Both the position numbers and the translations under genes were made by a program. Below the pieces are notes generated by a model, which ran no database searches, was not told the origin of the DNA, and saw only the letters and a list, made by a program, of their open reading frames with translations. DNA of 64,000 nucleotides from Octopus sinensis (taxonomy: Eukaryota): NCBI RefSeq assembly GCF_006345805.1, contig NC_043005.1:8556001-8620000 (forward strand), read 5' to 3'. Below, in pieces: positions 39,669 through 54,428 of this stretch. The first letter of the stretch is position 1. Every line of letters starts with the position of its first letter.

Positions 39669-39984
39669 CAGTCAAATGACTGAAACAAGTACAAAAAAAT
39701 ACATATATATATATACATATGCACACATATGGTCGACGTCTTTAAAGATGTGAGATAGTAGTAATATTAATATTTCGGTAAAGGTAACATTTGTACCATA
39801 ATTTTAACTTCTATGCAGCGCTATGTATACAGCTTATACGTAAACATGCATTACACACACAGACATACACACGCTCACACACAGACATACACACATATAT
39901 GGATAGGTAGATAAATAGATGGAGACTGTAACTAATAGGGTGTGTTAAGAATTTTCAACACATAATAAGCAGTAGGAATGTTTA

Positions 39985-40115
39985 TCAATCAATATCTATA
40001 AAGCTGAAATGCGAAAAATTGTTTGTCTCATTTTGGGAAGGGAACGGTTTAAAGGACGGTATTTGGGGTAGGATTGGCGCCAAAATTTACAGGGACGTAA
40101 AAAGAGGCGAGTAAG
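39985..40115 (+). mobile_element. Helitron 5' fragment (paralog of 40695)
   Basis: tcaatatctataaagctgaaatgcg...ttgtctcattttggga...ggattggcgccaaaatttac is repeated at 40695-40812. Confidence 0.65.
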
Positions 40116-40158
40116 CGAGTGGACTAGGTTAGAAGCCTATCTCAATAGCTGTGGTTAC

Positions 40159-40582
40159 TACTCTCTTTTTCTCTTTTACTCTTTTACTTGTTTCAGTCAT
40201 ATGACCGCGGCCATGCTGGAGCTCCGCCTTTAGTCGAGCAATTCGACCCTGGGACTTATTCATTGTAAGCCCAGTACTTATTCTATCGGTCTCTTTTGCC
40301 GAACCGCTAAGTGACGGGGACGTAAACACACCAGCATCGGTTGTCAAGCAATGCTAGGGGGACAAACACAGACACACAAATATACACATACACATTATAT
40401 ATATATATATACATATATACGACAGGCTTCTTTCAGTTTCCGTCTACCAAATCCACTCACAAGGCATTGGTCAGCCCGGGGCTATAGCAGAAGACACATG
40501 CCCAAGATGCCACGCAGTGGGACTGAACCCGGAACCATGTGGTTGGTTAGCAAGCTACTTACCACACAGCCACTCCTGCGCC
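40159..40582 (-). mobile_element. Full-length tRNA/CORE-type SINE
   Basis: Reverse complement of head, (TA)n(TG)n and tail. Confidence 0.93.
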
Positions 40583-40694
40583 CAGGGCAACAAATTCCAG
40601 ACTTTGCCAAGTATTTATCGTTTCTCACTTTCTGATATCACCATGTCTTCCTCGATCTCTCACTTTCCTTCCTTCCGTCCACTTTTCATCATCA

Positions 40695-41428
40695 TCAGTA
40701 TTTATAACGCTGAAATGCGAAGTTGGTTGATTTCTTGGTTGTTTGTCTCATTTTGGGATGGGAACCGTTTAAGGGGTGGTAGATGGGGTCGGATTGGCGC
40801 CAAAATTTACACTGGGGGCAAAATGGGGTGGGCAATGGTGTGAGGAGGGCTGCAAGTCGCTCGGGGCTACCGTTTGGTTGCCATGGTTAGGAATGTCGGA
40901 AAAATTGAGATTTATGGGATGGTCAGGTTGCAATGTCTGAAAAATGGAGGCTTTTCCGGTTGCTGCAGGGGCTGGAGGTGGTTATCTTTAATTGTGGGTG
41001 TAAAAATTGGGGGATTTTGGAAAGGGGGGGTAACATTTTTCAACTTTTAAAAAGAGTACATTTTTGCCCTATTTTTAGATTTAATTTTTTCTGTTTTGCA
41101 TTATTTGGTTGACATGGGTAAAAATGGCATTGTGTTAAATGCTAAAATTTTGGCTTTTATTTCCATCATGAACCGCCAAATATACCTGAAAAAGTAAAAA
41201 ATTTCACAAAATTTTAAGTAATTTTGAATTATTTCTGTGACTTTACGTGCACGCGTAATAGAAAGCGAGGGAGAGGCCGAGAGAAAGGAAGAGTAAGAGA
41301 GTGGGAAAGTGTGAAAGAAATGAGAGAGAAACAAAGAGGGAGAATGTGGCGATAAAAAACAGAAGTGAAGCCACAGAAATTAACAACCACACCCTCACCC
41401 GCGCGTAGAGCGGTTTACCTTAAGCTAG
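40695..41428 (+). mobile_element. Non-autonomous Helitron
   Basis: A|TC start, 3' hairpin acccgcgcgtagagcggt and CTAG|T end. Confidence 0.72.
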
Positions 41429-41903
41429 TCTATTAAATAAAACAGCCTTCGATATATATATATATACACATATATATATCATGTGAATGTAACGGACATA
41501 ATAAACATATGCACAGAGCTTTTTTATTATTGCCTCATGATCCAAGATATCCAGTCGGACCTGACTCGTACCTGTATTTTTGATTCGGCACTATATTTGG
41601 TCCACCTTTTCCCAAACTTACTCAGTCGTAGGTATTACAAATGCGTTTTGAATGCCTTGTTTACCATATTTTATTAGTTGTCTTACTGGTGTGTATCTTT
41701 TACGTGTTTTGGTTACCAATGCATTCTCTAAGGCAGCATTTTATTGACGTTTTGCACTCTTCCATTGCATATGTCAATGCCTGCTCCGAGATATTTTTCC
41801 TCGTGTCACATGAGTATTAGATATACATACATTCCATACATACATACATACATACATACATACATACATACATACATACATACATACGTACATATATATA
41901 TAT

Positions 41904-41942
<39 letters not shown>

Positions 41943-42562
41943 GTGTATATGCATACATACATGTGTTTCTGTGTAACCTTTATCAATATAGGGATATACA
42001 TGCACACACACACATACACAGACACATACACACATGAACATATATGTGAACACACACACAAACACACACACAAAGACACACTCAGACTCACACATATATA
42101 AGAAACGCTTCGAGTCAGTTTCTTTAGAGATCTGCTTTCTTTCATTTTAATGTTGTTGTTTTTTAACCAAAATTTTCTTCCGCAAAATAGAATTAATAAA
42201 AAGAAACCCTCCTTGTCTGATAAATATTAAAAATAGAAAAGAACAAATCAGTGATAAGAACGCGAATGGTATTTTCTTATATTCGCCTAATGAGAATTTC
42301 TGTCGAAGAGGTAAAGAATATCGATTAGAGATTAGGTTAGTGAGCTGAATTTTGGTCATCTTCATATGAAGTAGAGGTACTTCTCAAACACAAGTATGAC
42401 ATTAGGTTATGGTTAAAATAGCATCCTCTACGTTGATGACTGCTTAAAAAGAATTAAACATTACTTTCACTGGCTAACAATGGAAAAACAAGAAAATAAG
42501 GATTTCAGACATAGTGAAAGAGAGGAAGAGAGAGATACACAAAACACGCACATGGAGATAGA

Positions 42563-42651
<89 letters not shown>

Positions 42652-42810
42652 TGTTAGCCATATTCAAATGGCAAATATGCGTCACTATATATATTGTATA
42701 TAGTAGAAATATGTTACAAAAAGAAACTATAAAATACACGTGGGAATGTAAGGGTAAAATATGAAAAATCAACGAAAATGCACATTGTAAATAAAAAAAA
42801 CGGCTTTTTA

Positions 42811-43083
42811 TGACAGGTAACGACAGATATATACATTTAGATGGACTGAGATAGTAATAAAAGTCATAAAAGTCATTATATGACTTTATAAAGTGATTAT
42901 AAAGTCAGAAAACAAAACATACCATGGTTTCTGCAAAGCTATGAATAAATAGTTTTGCGTAAGCCATGGTTCGCTTTGTTCTCTTACTTTATTATCGTCT
43001 TATAATCATCTCATAATAATGACTTTATGACTCTTATTACTACCTCAGTCAATCTAAATGTATATATTTGTCGTTACCTGTCA
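42811..43083. mobile_element. Fully palindromic MITE with TA TSD
   Basis: TA|tgacaggtaacgac...gtcgttacctgtca|TA; arms pair almost to the centre (about 42947). Confidence 0.82.
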
Positions 43084-43194
43084 TAAATATAGTCTTTTTT
43101 TATTTGCAAGTGCATTTTCGTTGATTTTCATATTTTACCCTTACATTTCCACGTGTATTTTATATTTTCTGTTTGTACATATTTCTACTATATA

Positions 43195-43251
<57 letters not shown>

Positions 43252-43394
43252 ATATAATATATGTACATATATATATATATGTATGTATATGTGTATATGT
43301 ATATATATGTAAATACATGTACACCTTTTGCTCAGCTTGTAAGTATGTATACAGATTTCTGCTCACCCCACGATTTTGGATGATCATAACATTC

Positions 43395-43780
43395 AGAAAA
43401 ATGGATATTTTTTGATGAAACTTTCTACGAATACGTTATATCATGTAGATTCCGAACATAGAAAATTTGGAGGGGAAAATTTTTTGAGGGGATTGGATGG
43501 GGAATTTCAGAGAATTCACTGGAGTCACTTCAATTCGTCTTAACTTTCAAGAGAATAGATATTTTTTAATGAAATTCTCTACAAATATACCTCGGACTAT
43601 TTAGATTCCGATGACGGAGGAATTGTGGAGAAAAACAATTGGGAGATATTTTTGAGAACCGTTCCACACTCGCAGGTGTTTCTGAACAAGTCCATATTTG
43701 TAGTGAATTTCACCAAAAAAATATATTTTCTTGAAAGTTAAGACGAATTGAAGTGGATTCTGGTGCATTTTCCGAAATTC
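43395..43780. repeat. Element with direct and inverted subrepeats of about 90 bp
   Basis: IR 43500-43588/43693-43780; 43395-43480 is a diverged direct copy of 43550-43640. Confidence 0.65.
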
Positions 43781-44710
43781 CCTTCCCCCAATTTAAGCCG
43801 CATCCTAATATGCCTTATGTTTTATGCACTTGAGAAATAAATCCTGGAGAACAATGGGCTTTCATAGTCTTCATATTCTTAACTACTGCCAAGAAGAATG
43901 GTTAGATCCTCATTTATGTTCACATTAGGATAGCTCTCTCATATTTGTTAGCCTTCCATATTTGCAAGCCGTTCATTTTCACTTTTAAATAGCGCGATGG
44001 GGTGGCGAGAGGTGTATGAATCAATTTTGGAGTGTCCTCAGAGAAAATTTGCAATTAATTATTTTCTTTTTTCCATATTCTTAATCTCCATATTTTTCCA
44101 CGTAGATTGAAAAACTTGAGGTGGGGAGCGGGGAAAAAGAAAATTTTGAAAACATGGTATTTAGCATATTTAGAATTTCCGTCTTCGAAAACATAAGAAT
44201 CCGCTAAAAAAATTTCAAAAAGAAAAAAAGGTCGATATTTTCGTGCCGGTGTACTTGTAAACATTAACCGTTCATTTCAATAGTAATTTCATTAATACCA
44301 ATAAAAGAAGAAGCATTATTTTAGTAGAGCTAATTAATTCTTGCTTTCATTTACAAGTTCGTAGTTTTGTTTCAATATTATAAATTATTATCGCCTATTT
44401 ATAGAAATATTTAATTAATTATATTCTATGCTGTATCATTTATTCATTCTTGTGATGTTTGCCTTATAAGGTTGTCATGAATACCATACACTGTACATAC
44501 TGATAAAACATGTAGTTTGTGTTTTTGTATGTATATATACGCGTGCGTATGAGCGTGAGTTTGTGCGTTTGTGTAAGTTTACGTGTGGCTGAAGCTGCGT
44601 CGCTTGGTCGTTAGGGTCTTGGATTCACGATCATAGACACATGATTTCGATTCACACAGCGCTTCTATGTGCTTGGAAATTGGGATGCCCTCTAGTCCAG
44701 AGGTTCCTTA

Positions 44711-45863
<1,153 letters not shown>

Positions 45864-45927
45864 GATTAGCCTAATGTATGTATTGGTAGGTTTTGGACAC
45901 AAGATACATAATACATACATACATTTA

Positions 45928-45975
45928 CAGGGTTATTCGAAGAGAATGAACCGATTTCATTATGCAATATTTTAA
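45928..45975 (+). mobile_element. Solo Tc1/mariner-like end
   Basis: TA|cagggttattcgaagagaatgaaccgatttc; no partner found. Confidence 0.45.
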
Positions 45976-46469
45976 TAAGGAAAAGCAATAGAAAACTCCA
46001 GCTAAGTCACAAGTATTTACTCACCATCAGTTTTTATTTCCTGTCTTACAAGTGTATGATTTGTACATGTATATTCAAATGTAAGTATCTAAATGTATAT
46101 AGAAGTATCCATCCATAGCGACAAACATACTCACCCTCACACTCACACACACATACACACACACCTACACACACTAACAAACACATCTATACATATATAT
46201 GGATGATTCTCCGTCGACTTAAGCTATTGGGGTAGAGTTGTTCCACCACCCAACTACCTAAGCGTAGTTCTCAGTAGAAACAGCATGATACAATGAGCCA
46301 CAAGGCTGTGGGTTTCAAGGATACGTAGAACACATTTGACCGGCTTCTTTAGTTTCAATGAGCTCAATTTCATTTATATGGCATGCACTTTTTTAGAATA
46401 TATATATTCTATTATTCTGTTACTTGTTTTAGTTGTCTGACTGCAGCCATGATGCAGGAGCATCGCTTC

Positions 46470-46527
<58 letters not shown>

Positions 46528-46787
46528 TATTTATATATATACATGTACATACATATATACATATATGTTTGATCTAGGTGTGACTGCTGAAGAGGACTTC
46601 GCCTGGCAAATTATTTTATTTTATTTGCTAAAATATGTTTGAAACAATGTCCAGGAGATAGATGGTAAATATTTTTACTTTTCATTCCCTAATAGTTTCA
46701 TCCCTAATATTGGTCTGGATTTTAGCTGTTGCTACTAGCGTGCAAGGAATCCTATGACGGATACCTCAAATGTGTTTAAATGTACAC

Positions 46788-46844
<57 letters not shown>

Positions 46845-46860
46845 GTGTATATAATAGTGT

Positions 46861-47033
46861 GTGTATGTGTGTGTGTGCGTGTTTGTCCATATATATATGT
46901 AGTGTGTGTGTGTGTTTATATATATATATATATATATATAAACACACACACTACATATATATATGACAAACACACACACACACACATACACTTGTTCTTT
47001 ATACACATATATATATATGTATAAAGAACAAGT
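46861..47033. repeat. Two adjacent palindromes centred on (TA)n
   Basis: 46861-46991 and 46990-47033 (acttgttctttatac...gtataaagaacaagt). Confidence 0.85.
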
Positions 47034-47440
47034 TAAAAATAATGGTCATCACGTACGTTTCCTATATTGCGAAAATTTGGCTTACAGCTGTTTCTGGTGG
47101 TTATTGTAGGTAAATTGCTGATAGGTTTAGTCAATTGGCCAATTGATCAATTAAGAAAAATTGAACAACCTAAGAAAATTAACGCTACATTCCTCAGAGC
47201 CATTTCTGATCATAACAAGCAGAACACTGAAGGAATGGCCAATGGATGTGGGAGGGAGGAGCGGAAGATAGACACATGCAAGTAGACTAGAGAACAGAGG
47301 AAGACAGGTTAGAAAGGAGTGGCGTAGAGTCAATAAAAGCAGGCACATTGTATTGCCAAAATTTTGGAAGAGATGAAAGTCATAAAATATTAGTGTTTGT
47401 AGTCACGTCAACACGCATTATCGTATAGCATCATACATAG

Positions 47441-47481
<41 letters not shown>

Positions 47482-47571
47482 CCCACTAGCATTTTCCTTT
47501 TTGAGCTTCACCAATCCGCTCCCCTCTGCTACGAATTGTATATAAAACACATACGCACATACATACGCATA

Positions 47572-47621
<50 letters not shown>

Positions 47622-47893
47622 CATATGTATGCGAGCGTGAGTGAGGATACGTGTGAAAATATACTACATGATGTATATATCTGAAAGAGTGCAATATAAA
47701 GATTGCAAATATTAGATATGCGCCATTTATATATATTTTGTTGATCGATCACATTTCACAAGTGTGTAACTACATTTGACAAGTCCTTCTTGTATTATAG
47801 TTCTAAAGCCTTTCTTCATTTGCATATGCACAAAATTATACAAATGCATAGATATGCGTGTGAGTCTTTGTATGTATGTAGATACATACATAT

Positions 47894-47954
<61 letters not shown>

Positions 47955-47983
47955 ATACGTATATATATATATATATAATACAT

Positions 47984-48020
<37 letters not shown>

Positions 48021-48031
48021 GATATATATAT

Positions 48032-48407
48032 ATAGAATGGTTGTATACTGTCAATCTAACAAGAACGTGACAGTAGGGGGTACACACCGCTGTATAGCCC
48101 TAGGAAGCATCGAACGCCTCCTGATAGCTTTGACACATTGTTTCCCTGTGTCCTTATATACATTTACGAAGGGGAGACAAACACCTCCGGCTGCCGGAAC
48201 TGCATCTAGGGACACCGTGTTTCAGGATCGTTGTCCTTCATCGGCAGCCGGGGGTATTTGTCTCCCCTTCGTAAATGTATATAAGGACACAGGGAAACAA
48301 TGTGTCAAAGCTATCAGGAGGCGTTCGATGCTTCCTAGGGCTATACAGCGGTGGTGTACCCCCTACTGTCACGTTCTTGTTAGATTGACAGTATACAACC
48401 ATTCTAT
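48032..48407. mobile_element. 165-bp-arm palindrome with a hammerhead core in the loop
   Basis: Arms 48032-48196/48242-48407 with about 3 differences; minus-strand loop CCGATGA-AGGA..TCCT-GAAA-CACGGTG-TC. Confidence 0.85.
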
Positions 48408-48451
48408 CGCCCCACCACCGTACATGTCTCTACGAGAGATTAGAAATTCAA

Positions 48452-48496
<45 letters not shown>

Positions 48497-48629
48497 GTAT
48501 ATAAATACTTATGTGTGCATATGTATTTATATATCTATATATGTATGTATGTATGTATGTATGCCTGAAAATTTCTTTATCATTTACTCTGATGAATGCA
48601 AACGCACGTGTGTATGTGTATGTATGTAA

Positions 48630-48754
<125 letters not shown>

Positions 48755-49887
48755 CATATATATACATATATACGTAGTAGTGTGCATATGTATATATAAT
48801 ATATATCAAATGAAATAAAAACAGTATATGTATACATATGCACACATATACACGCACTTGTACACAGACACATACACACGCAGACACACTCACAAAGACG
48901 CACATATTTATCTCAATATAATAAATGATTGCATATGCCAGTGTGTTCCTATTTTGATATAAATGTGTTACTAATTTTTTACGTGTACATGTAGCAATGT
49001 TTGTCTGTTTTAGTATGTGTATATTTTATATTAGTGTTCACATTTTGCTGCGTATGTATTTGGTCCCTATGTTTATCATCAAGCAGCATTGGCCTTGTTT
49101 TGTTGGAAGAAATTATAATAACATAAACTTTGCTGATATCAGAAAATGGCCGATAACAGCAGGTTAAAACGCATAGCAAGAACATGGCGAAAATAATTTT
49201 TTTCTATCTTCAATGGGAATTGATTCCTTCCAAGCCTTTAAGCTGGCACCGCTTTTGGTGTTTTTGGATTTTTCTATCTGCGCTTCTTCAGGCGATTAAT
49301 GTTTGTTGTTGGTAGCGAGTTTTGATCATTTTATGCTCCCTAATACGTCAAAGAGAAAAACATGCACAGGAAAAACATAATCCGGAAACATAAAAAATAC
49401 GATAAAATAGGCGGAAAAATGTTAAAGAAAAATATCTTAAACGATATTTCTCCTATATTTTTTTTATTGTAAATCTTCCTGATTTCCTTCGTTAGTATAT
49501 ATGCAAATGCAATGTTTAAGGCAAACAGCTTAATATAAGCTTGTTGCATTTATCGGTTGCAACTCTCATAGCTCTGCTTAAATATTCAACATAGATTGTA
49601 CGTTGATGTCGATACACAGTTTAAAATACTTATAAGATTCTGCTTATAAAAACGGAATATTTCAGAAGGAAACAAAACAATAATTTTATTCCCCTATACA
49701 CCCGTGCATAACCATACCCTGTGTACTCGACATCTTCCCTATCTCTCTCTCCCTGTCTCTCCTCTTCTCTCCCTCTCTTTATTCACTGTTTATCTTAGTC
49801 ACAGAAAAGGGATATATATATATATATTGATCGATAGATAGATATATATGTATATACATGTGTCTATGTATATATATATATGTATAG

Positions 49888-49921
<34 letters not shown>

Positions 49922-50088
49922 CCTACATATATGAATATACACACATATATATATATGTATCTATACATGCGTGTTTATATATATACACACACACATACGT
50001 ATAGATGTGTGTGTATATATATACACACACACATATATATACATGTGTGTTTATGTATAAATGTGTGTGTATCTAAGCACACACACAT

Positions 50089-50125
<37 letters not shown>

Positions 50126-50387
50126 ATAAATTAAAGAAAAACCGCTGTTCTATATATATATATGTGTGTGTGTATGTCTGTGTGTATGCATATATGTGTG
50201 TGCCTTTGTGTATATGAATGTGTGGGGGTAAGGTGATAGTTGACGATATATATGATAAACGGTTACACCAAATCGTAATTTACACAGATTTGCACAAAGA
50301 TCTTTACTATATAACCTTATAAGCACCACATGCATATCTCGTCATAGCCCTTATGCGCATAGTTATTTGTACGGGCAACTATATAAA

Positions 50388-50487
50388 NNNNNNNNNNNNN
50401 NNNNNNNNNNNNNNNNNNNNNNNNNNNNNNNNNNNNNNNNNNNNNNNNNNNNNNNNNNNNNNNNNNNNNNNNNNNNNNNNNNNNNNN
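50388..50487. other. Assembly gap (100 N)
   Basis: Run of n. Confidence 1.
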
Positions 50488-52110
50488 TTGCTGTACAAGC
50501 CAAGGTTCGTGCGAATTTTTGTCTTAAAGTACGAGCGAAAATCCGTAGACGAGCGACTTTCATACGAGCGACTTTCATACGAGCGACCGCTAGTCGGCGT
50601 TTAGCTCGCATACGCTCTCCCAAGAAGCGTGGTCCCCGCCCGCTCAGTTCACGTGCTTATCACGTTGTGGTAGTATCGCTGTTGTGTTTTTAACCCAGCG
50701 TTTTTTTTTGGTTTTGTGCATTTATTGCTATTATTGTATAATAATTAGTTGTGTTAGTCATGGGTCCTAAAATGATAGTGCAAAGGACAGTGCTGAGAAG
50801 AATTAAAAGCTGAGTACGATAGAACTGAACGAGGAAATTATTGATAAACATGAGAGAGGAGTGCTGTAGTGGACATAGCACGTCAGTACGACCGAAGCAC
50901 GTTGACGATCTGCACCACCCTAAAGAAAAACGACGAGATCAAGGCCGTTACCATAGCAAAAGCTGTCAACGCACATCTGTTCAGGCTCTCCAGGCTCTCT
51001 AAGCAACGCTCATCTGTTCATGGAAAGGATGGAAAAAATCGCTTCTCCTGTGGATCGGCGAGGATCAACTCTCAGGGGATGCGGTAACGGAGACCATCAT
51101 CTGTGAGAAGGCACGTGCGCAGTATGGGCATCTCCTGAAGCAGAACCCTGGAACATCGACGGAGGAGACACGAGCAGTTGCACTTAAGGCCAGCCGCGGC
51201 TGGTTTGATAATTTCAAGAAGAAGACTGGTGTTCATAGAGTCGTCATGTATGGGAAGGCAGGGTTTTCTGACACTAAGAATTCGTTCGTGAATTCTGTAA
51301 ACTAATCGCAGCCGAGGGGTACATCGCACAACAGGTATTCAACTGTGACGAAACTGGCCATTTTTGGAGAAATACCCTGAAGAATCTATATAACTGGAAA
51401 GGAGGAGAAAATACCGGCTACAAGCCTATGAAAGATAGGTTAACTCTCGCCCTTTGAAGCTAATGCGAGTGGAAACTTCAAGATTTAGCCGCTCCCTTGC
51501 TACTATTCTGAAAAGTAACTAGCGTTCCAATCACACAAAATGCTCAAGAAGAACCTGCAGGTCATATTGAGGACAAACGTTAAAGCCTGGGTCATCAGGC
51601 AATCCTTCTCCGAGTGGGTCAACCTTGTCTTCGAACCTGCCGTGAAAAAGTATCTTCTAGAGAACAATTTTCCTCTCAAGTCCCTCTTCATCCTCAACTA
51701 TGCTCCTGCTCACCCCCTTAACCTCCAAGACGATATCCTGGAGGAAATTAAATTTATAATCGTTATGTACATTTCACGCAACGCCACACCTATCTTGCAG
51801 CCCATGGACCAACAAGGTATTTCTAAATGTAAGAAATTGCACACCAAACACCTTCTTTCGTCGGCGCTTTGAAGTCACCGAAAATACAAATCTAACCCTT
51901 CGTGAGTTTTGAAGAGAGTACTACAACATTGTAAACTTTCTGAAAATCATCGATATAGCCTGGCGGTGTAGCGGAGGACAATGTAGCGGAGAATGCTATC
52001 TCTACGAGTGACATAAAGCAATGTTAACAAAGTGGGAGTATGTTTCTGAATTTATGGAAAAATATCATCCTGAATAAGTAGCAAGAGGTCATGCTCTAAA
52101 ATCGATTAAG
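50488..52110 (+). mobile_element. Decayed pogo/Tigger (CENP-B-like) DNA transposon
   Basis: MGPK..., DIARQYDRSTLTICTTLK, KASRGWFDNFKK, VFNCDETG, KPMKDRLTL, ILNYAPAHP and LQPMDQQGI across frameshifts. Confidence 0.9.
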
Positions 52111-52584
52111 GTTGTTCGTAACTTTTTTTTCAATCTGCGGAGAAATGGCATGAATTTGCCTTTTTTATAATTATGCCATATGTGTGTGTGTGTGTTAATA
52201 ACAAAAATAGATTAGATGCTGGTTGCATCCCGTTGTTTCTTAATGTTACATATAGTCAATCATTGTTGAAGCAAGTGAAAAACCATCGCAATGGTTTCCA
52301 ACAACTACAACCATTAAGAGTAGGGTAAAAACTTTCTTTCATATACATAACGTGTGTCCGGTTTAACACCACCCTCCGATTGCTGAGGACCTCTATCAGA
52401 GTTTTTTGTGTTGCATATATTCGGTTCAAGATTCTAGACTAAGGATAACGTCCTCCTTTCTCCTAGTTGTCAAATACAGACGAAAATAGCCTATGGTACT
52501 GCATTTTATCTACTGATTAAGCCATTATAATACCGTGTCCAATCAATGTTGCGGAAAGCAATTTCATCGGTTTAATATAAATAT

Positions 52585-52978
52585 CTATACTCTTTTACTC
52601 TTTTACTTGTTTCAGTCTTTTGACTGCGGCCATGCTGGAGCACCGCCTTTTAGTCGATCAAATCGATCCCGGGACTTATTCTTTGTAAGCCCAGTACTTA
52701 TTCTATCGGTCTCTTTTGCCGAACCGCTAAATGACGGGGACGTAAACACACCAGCATCGGTTGTCAAGCAATGCTAAGGGGACAAACACAGACACACAAA
52801 CACACATATATATATATACATATATACGACAGGCTTCTTTCAGTTTCCGTCTACCAAATCCACTCACAAGGCATTGGTCGGCCCGGGGCTATAGCAGAAG
52901 ACACTTGCCCAAGATGCCACGCAGTGGCACTGAACCCGGAACCATGTGGTTGGTTAGCAAGCTACTTACCACACAGCC
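52585..52978 (-). mobile_element. Full-length tRNA/CORE-type SINE
   Basis: Highly similar to 40159-40582. Confidence 0.93.
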
Positions 52979-53629
52979 AAGATATATTTTATAAACCATC
53001 ACTAAAGTATTACCAGTCTATGTCAAATTCAAAATAAAGCTTCTGGTTCTTAAAATTGTGTGCATTGGATAGATTTCAACTTTCAGAAATCTCTTGCATG
53101 TAATGGATAATTTGAAACCTACGAAACCGCATATGTGCCATATGTCAAGTTCCACAGTCTGGTATGGCTATGTTTTATTACATACATCACAGATTATCGT
53201 GTCTAGCCGAAAGTTTGATGGGAATTAAAAAAGTTATATCAATGATATGACATTTTTTCACTCTGTCACAGCAATAACGTATAACTCTGTTTAATTCCTA
53301 ATGGTTATGCATTTTTATATTCTTCGATTATGTATTTATAGTCGTAAGCAAGATATAAGGAATCACAAAATTTATTACCCAATAGGCGTGGCTATGTTGT
53401 ATAAAGAATAGACATAGAGCTGAAAATAAATACCTATCATAGAAATTGCTATGCATAACAGTTTAGGCATGAAAAAAAAGAAAGTTTTGTGAGACTAGTT
53501 TTGGGCAACAACAACAACAACAACAACAACAATAATATAATAATAATAATAATAATAATATAATAATAATAATAATAACAACATGGAAAATATACCTTAG
53601 GAATGAGAACCCAGGTTCGAAATTTCCCC

Positions 53630-53675
53630 AAGACACCTGAAGAAGGCTGGAGGGTATATCAGCCGAAACTGATAT
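53630..53675 (+). ncRNA. Hammerhead core with disrupted stem III
   Basis: CTGAAGA-a-GGCTG-gagggtatat-CAGCC-GAAAC; downstream stem III and stem I do not form. Confidence 0.5.
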
Positions 53676-54007
53676 ATTGTTAAAAACAAACAAGATGAGG
53701 ACAAATGTCCGTCGAATGTAAGTAATGTAAATAATGTAAATAACATGGATAAAAAAGAAATTACGTTGATTCCGCATAAATTACTGTAGAAACAAAATCA
53801 ACACAAGTAATTGGAGCAGGATAAGGAGTTACTGAAATCTCAAATTCTACAAAGAAAACACTTGTAAATGCAGTAATAGAGTTATGAAACGAATGGCAAA
53901 TATGTAACACATCAGAACGAATGAATGGCGCATGCTTCTGCAAGCAAAAATGTATGTTGAACAAATATAAATTAGAAGTGGTCATAGTGAGGAGTGGCTA
54001 CGTCATA

Positions 54008-54168
54008 GCGCAGGAGTGGCTGTGTGGTAAGTAACTTGTTTACCAACCACAAGGTTCCGGGTTCAGTCCCACTGTGTGGCACCTTAGGGAAGTGTCGTCT
54101 GCTATAGCCCCAGGCCGACCAATGTCCTGTGAGTGGATTTGGTAGACGGAAACTGAAAGAATACCGTC

Positions 54169-54218
<50 letters not shown>

Positions 54219-54428
54219 CTATTTGTGTGTCTGTGTTTGTCCCTCTAGCATTGCTTGACAACCGATGCTGGTGTCTTTATGTCCCCGTTACTTAGCGGTT
54301 CGGCAAAAGACCCCGATAGAATAAGTACTGGGCTTACAAAAGAATAAGCCCCGGGGTCGAGTTGCTCGATTAAAGGCGGTGCTCCAGCATGGCCGCAGTC
54401 AAATGACTGAAACAAGTAAAAGAGAGAG
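54008..54428 (+). mobile_element. Full-length tRNA/CORE-type SINE
   Basis: Head, (TA)n(TG)n and tail. Confidence 0.92.

Noticed and set aside
48037-48504. 155-aa ORF
   Set aside because: It is open because it crosses a palindrome; no protein-family motif
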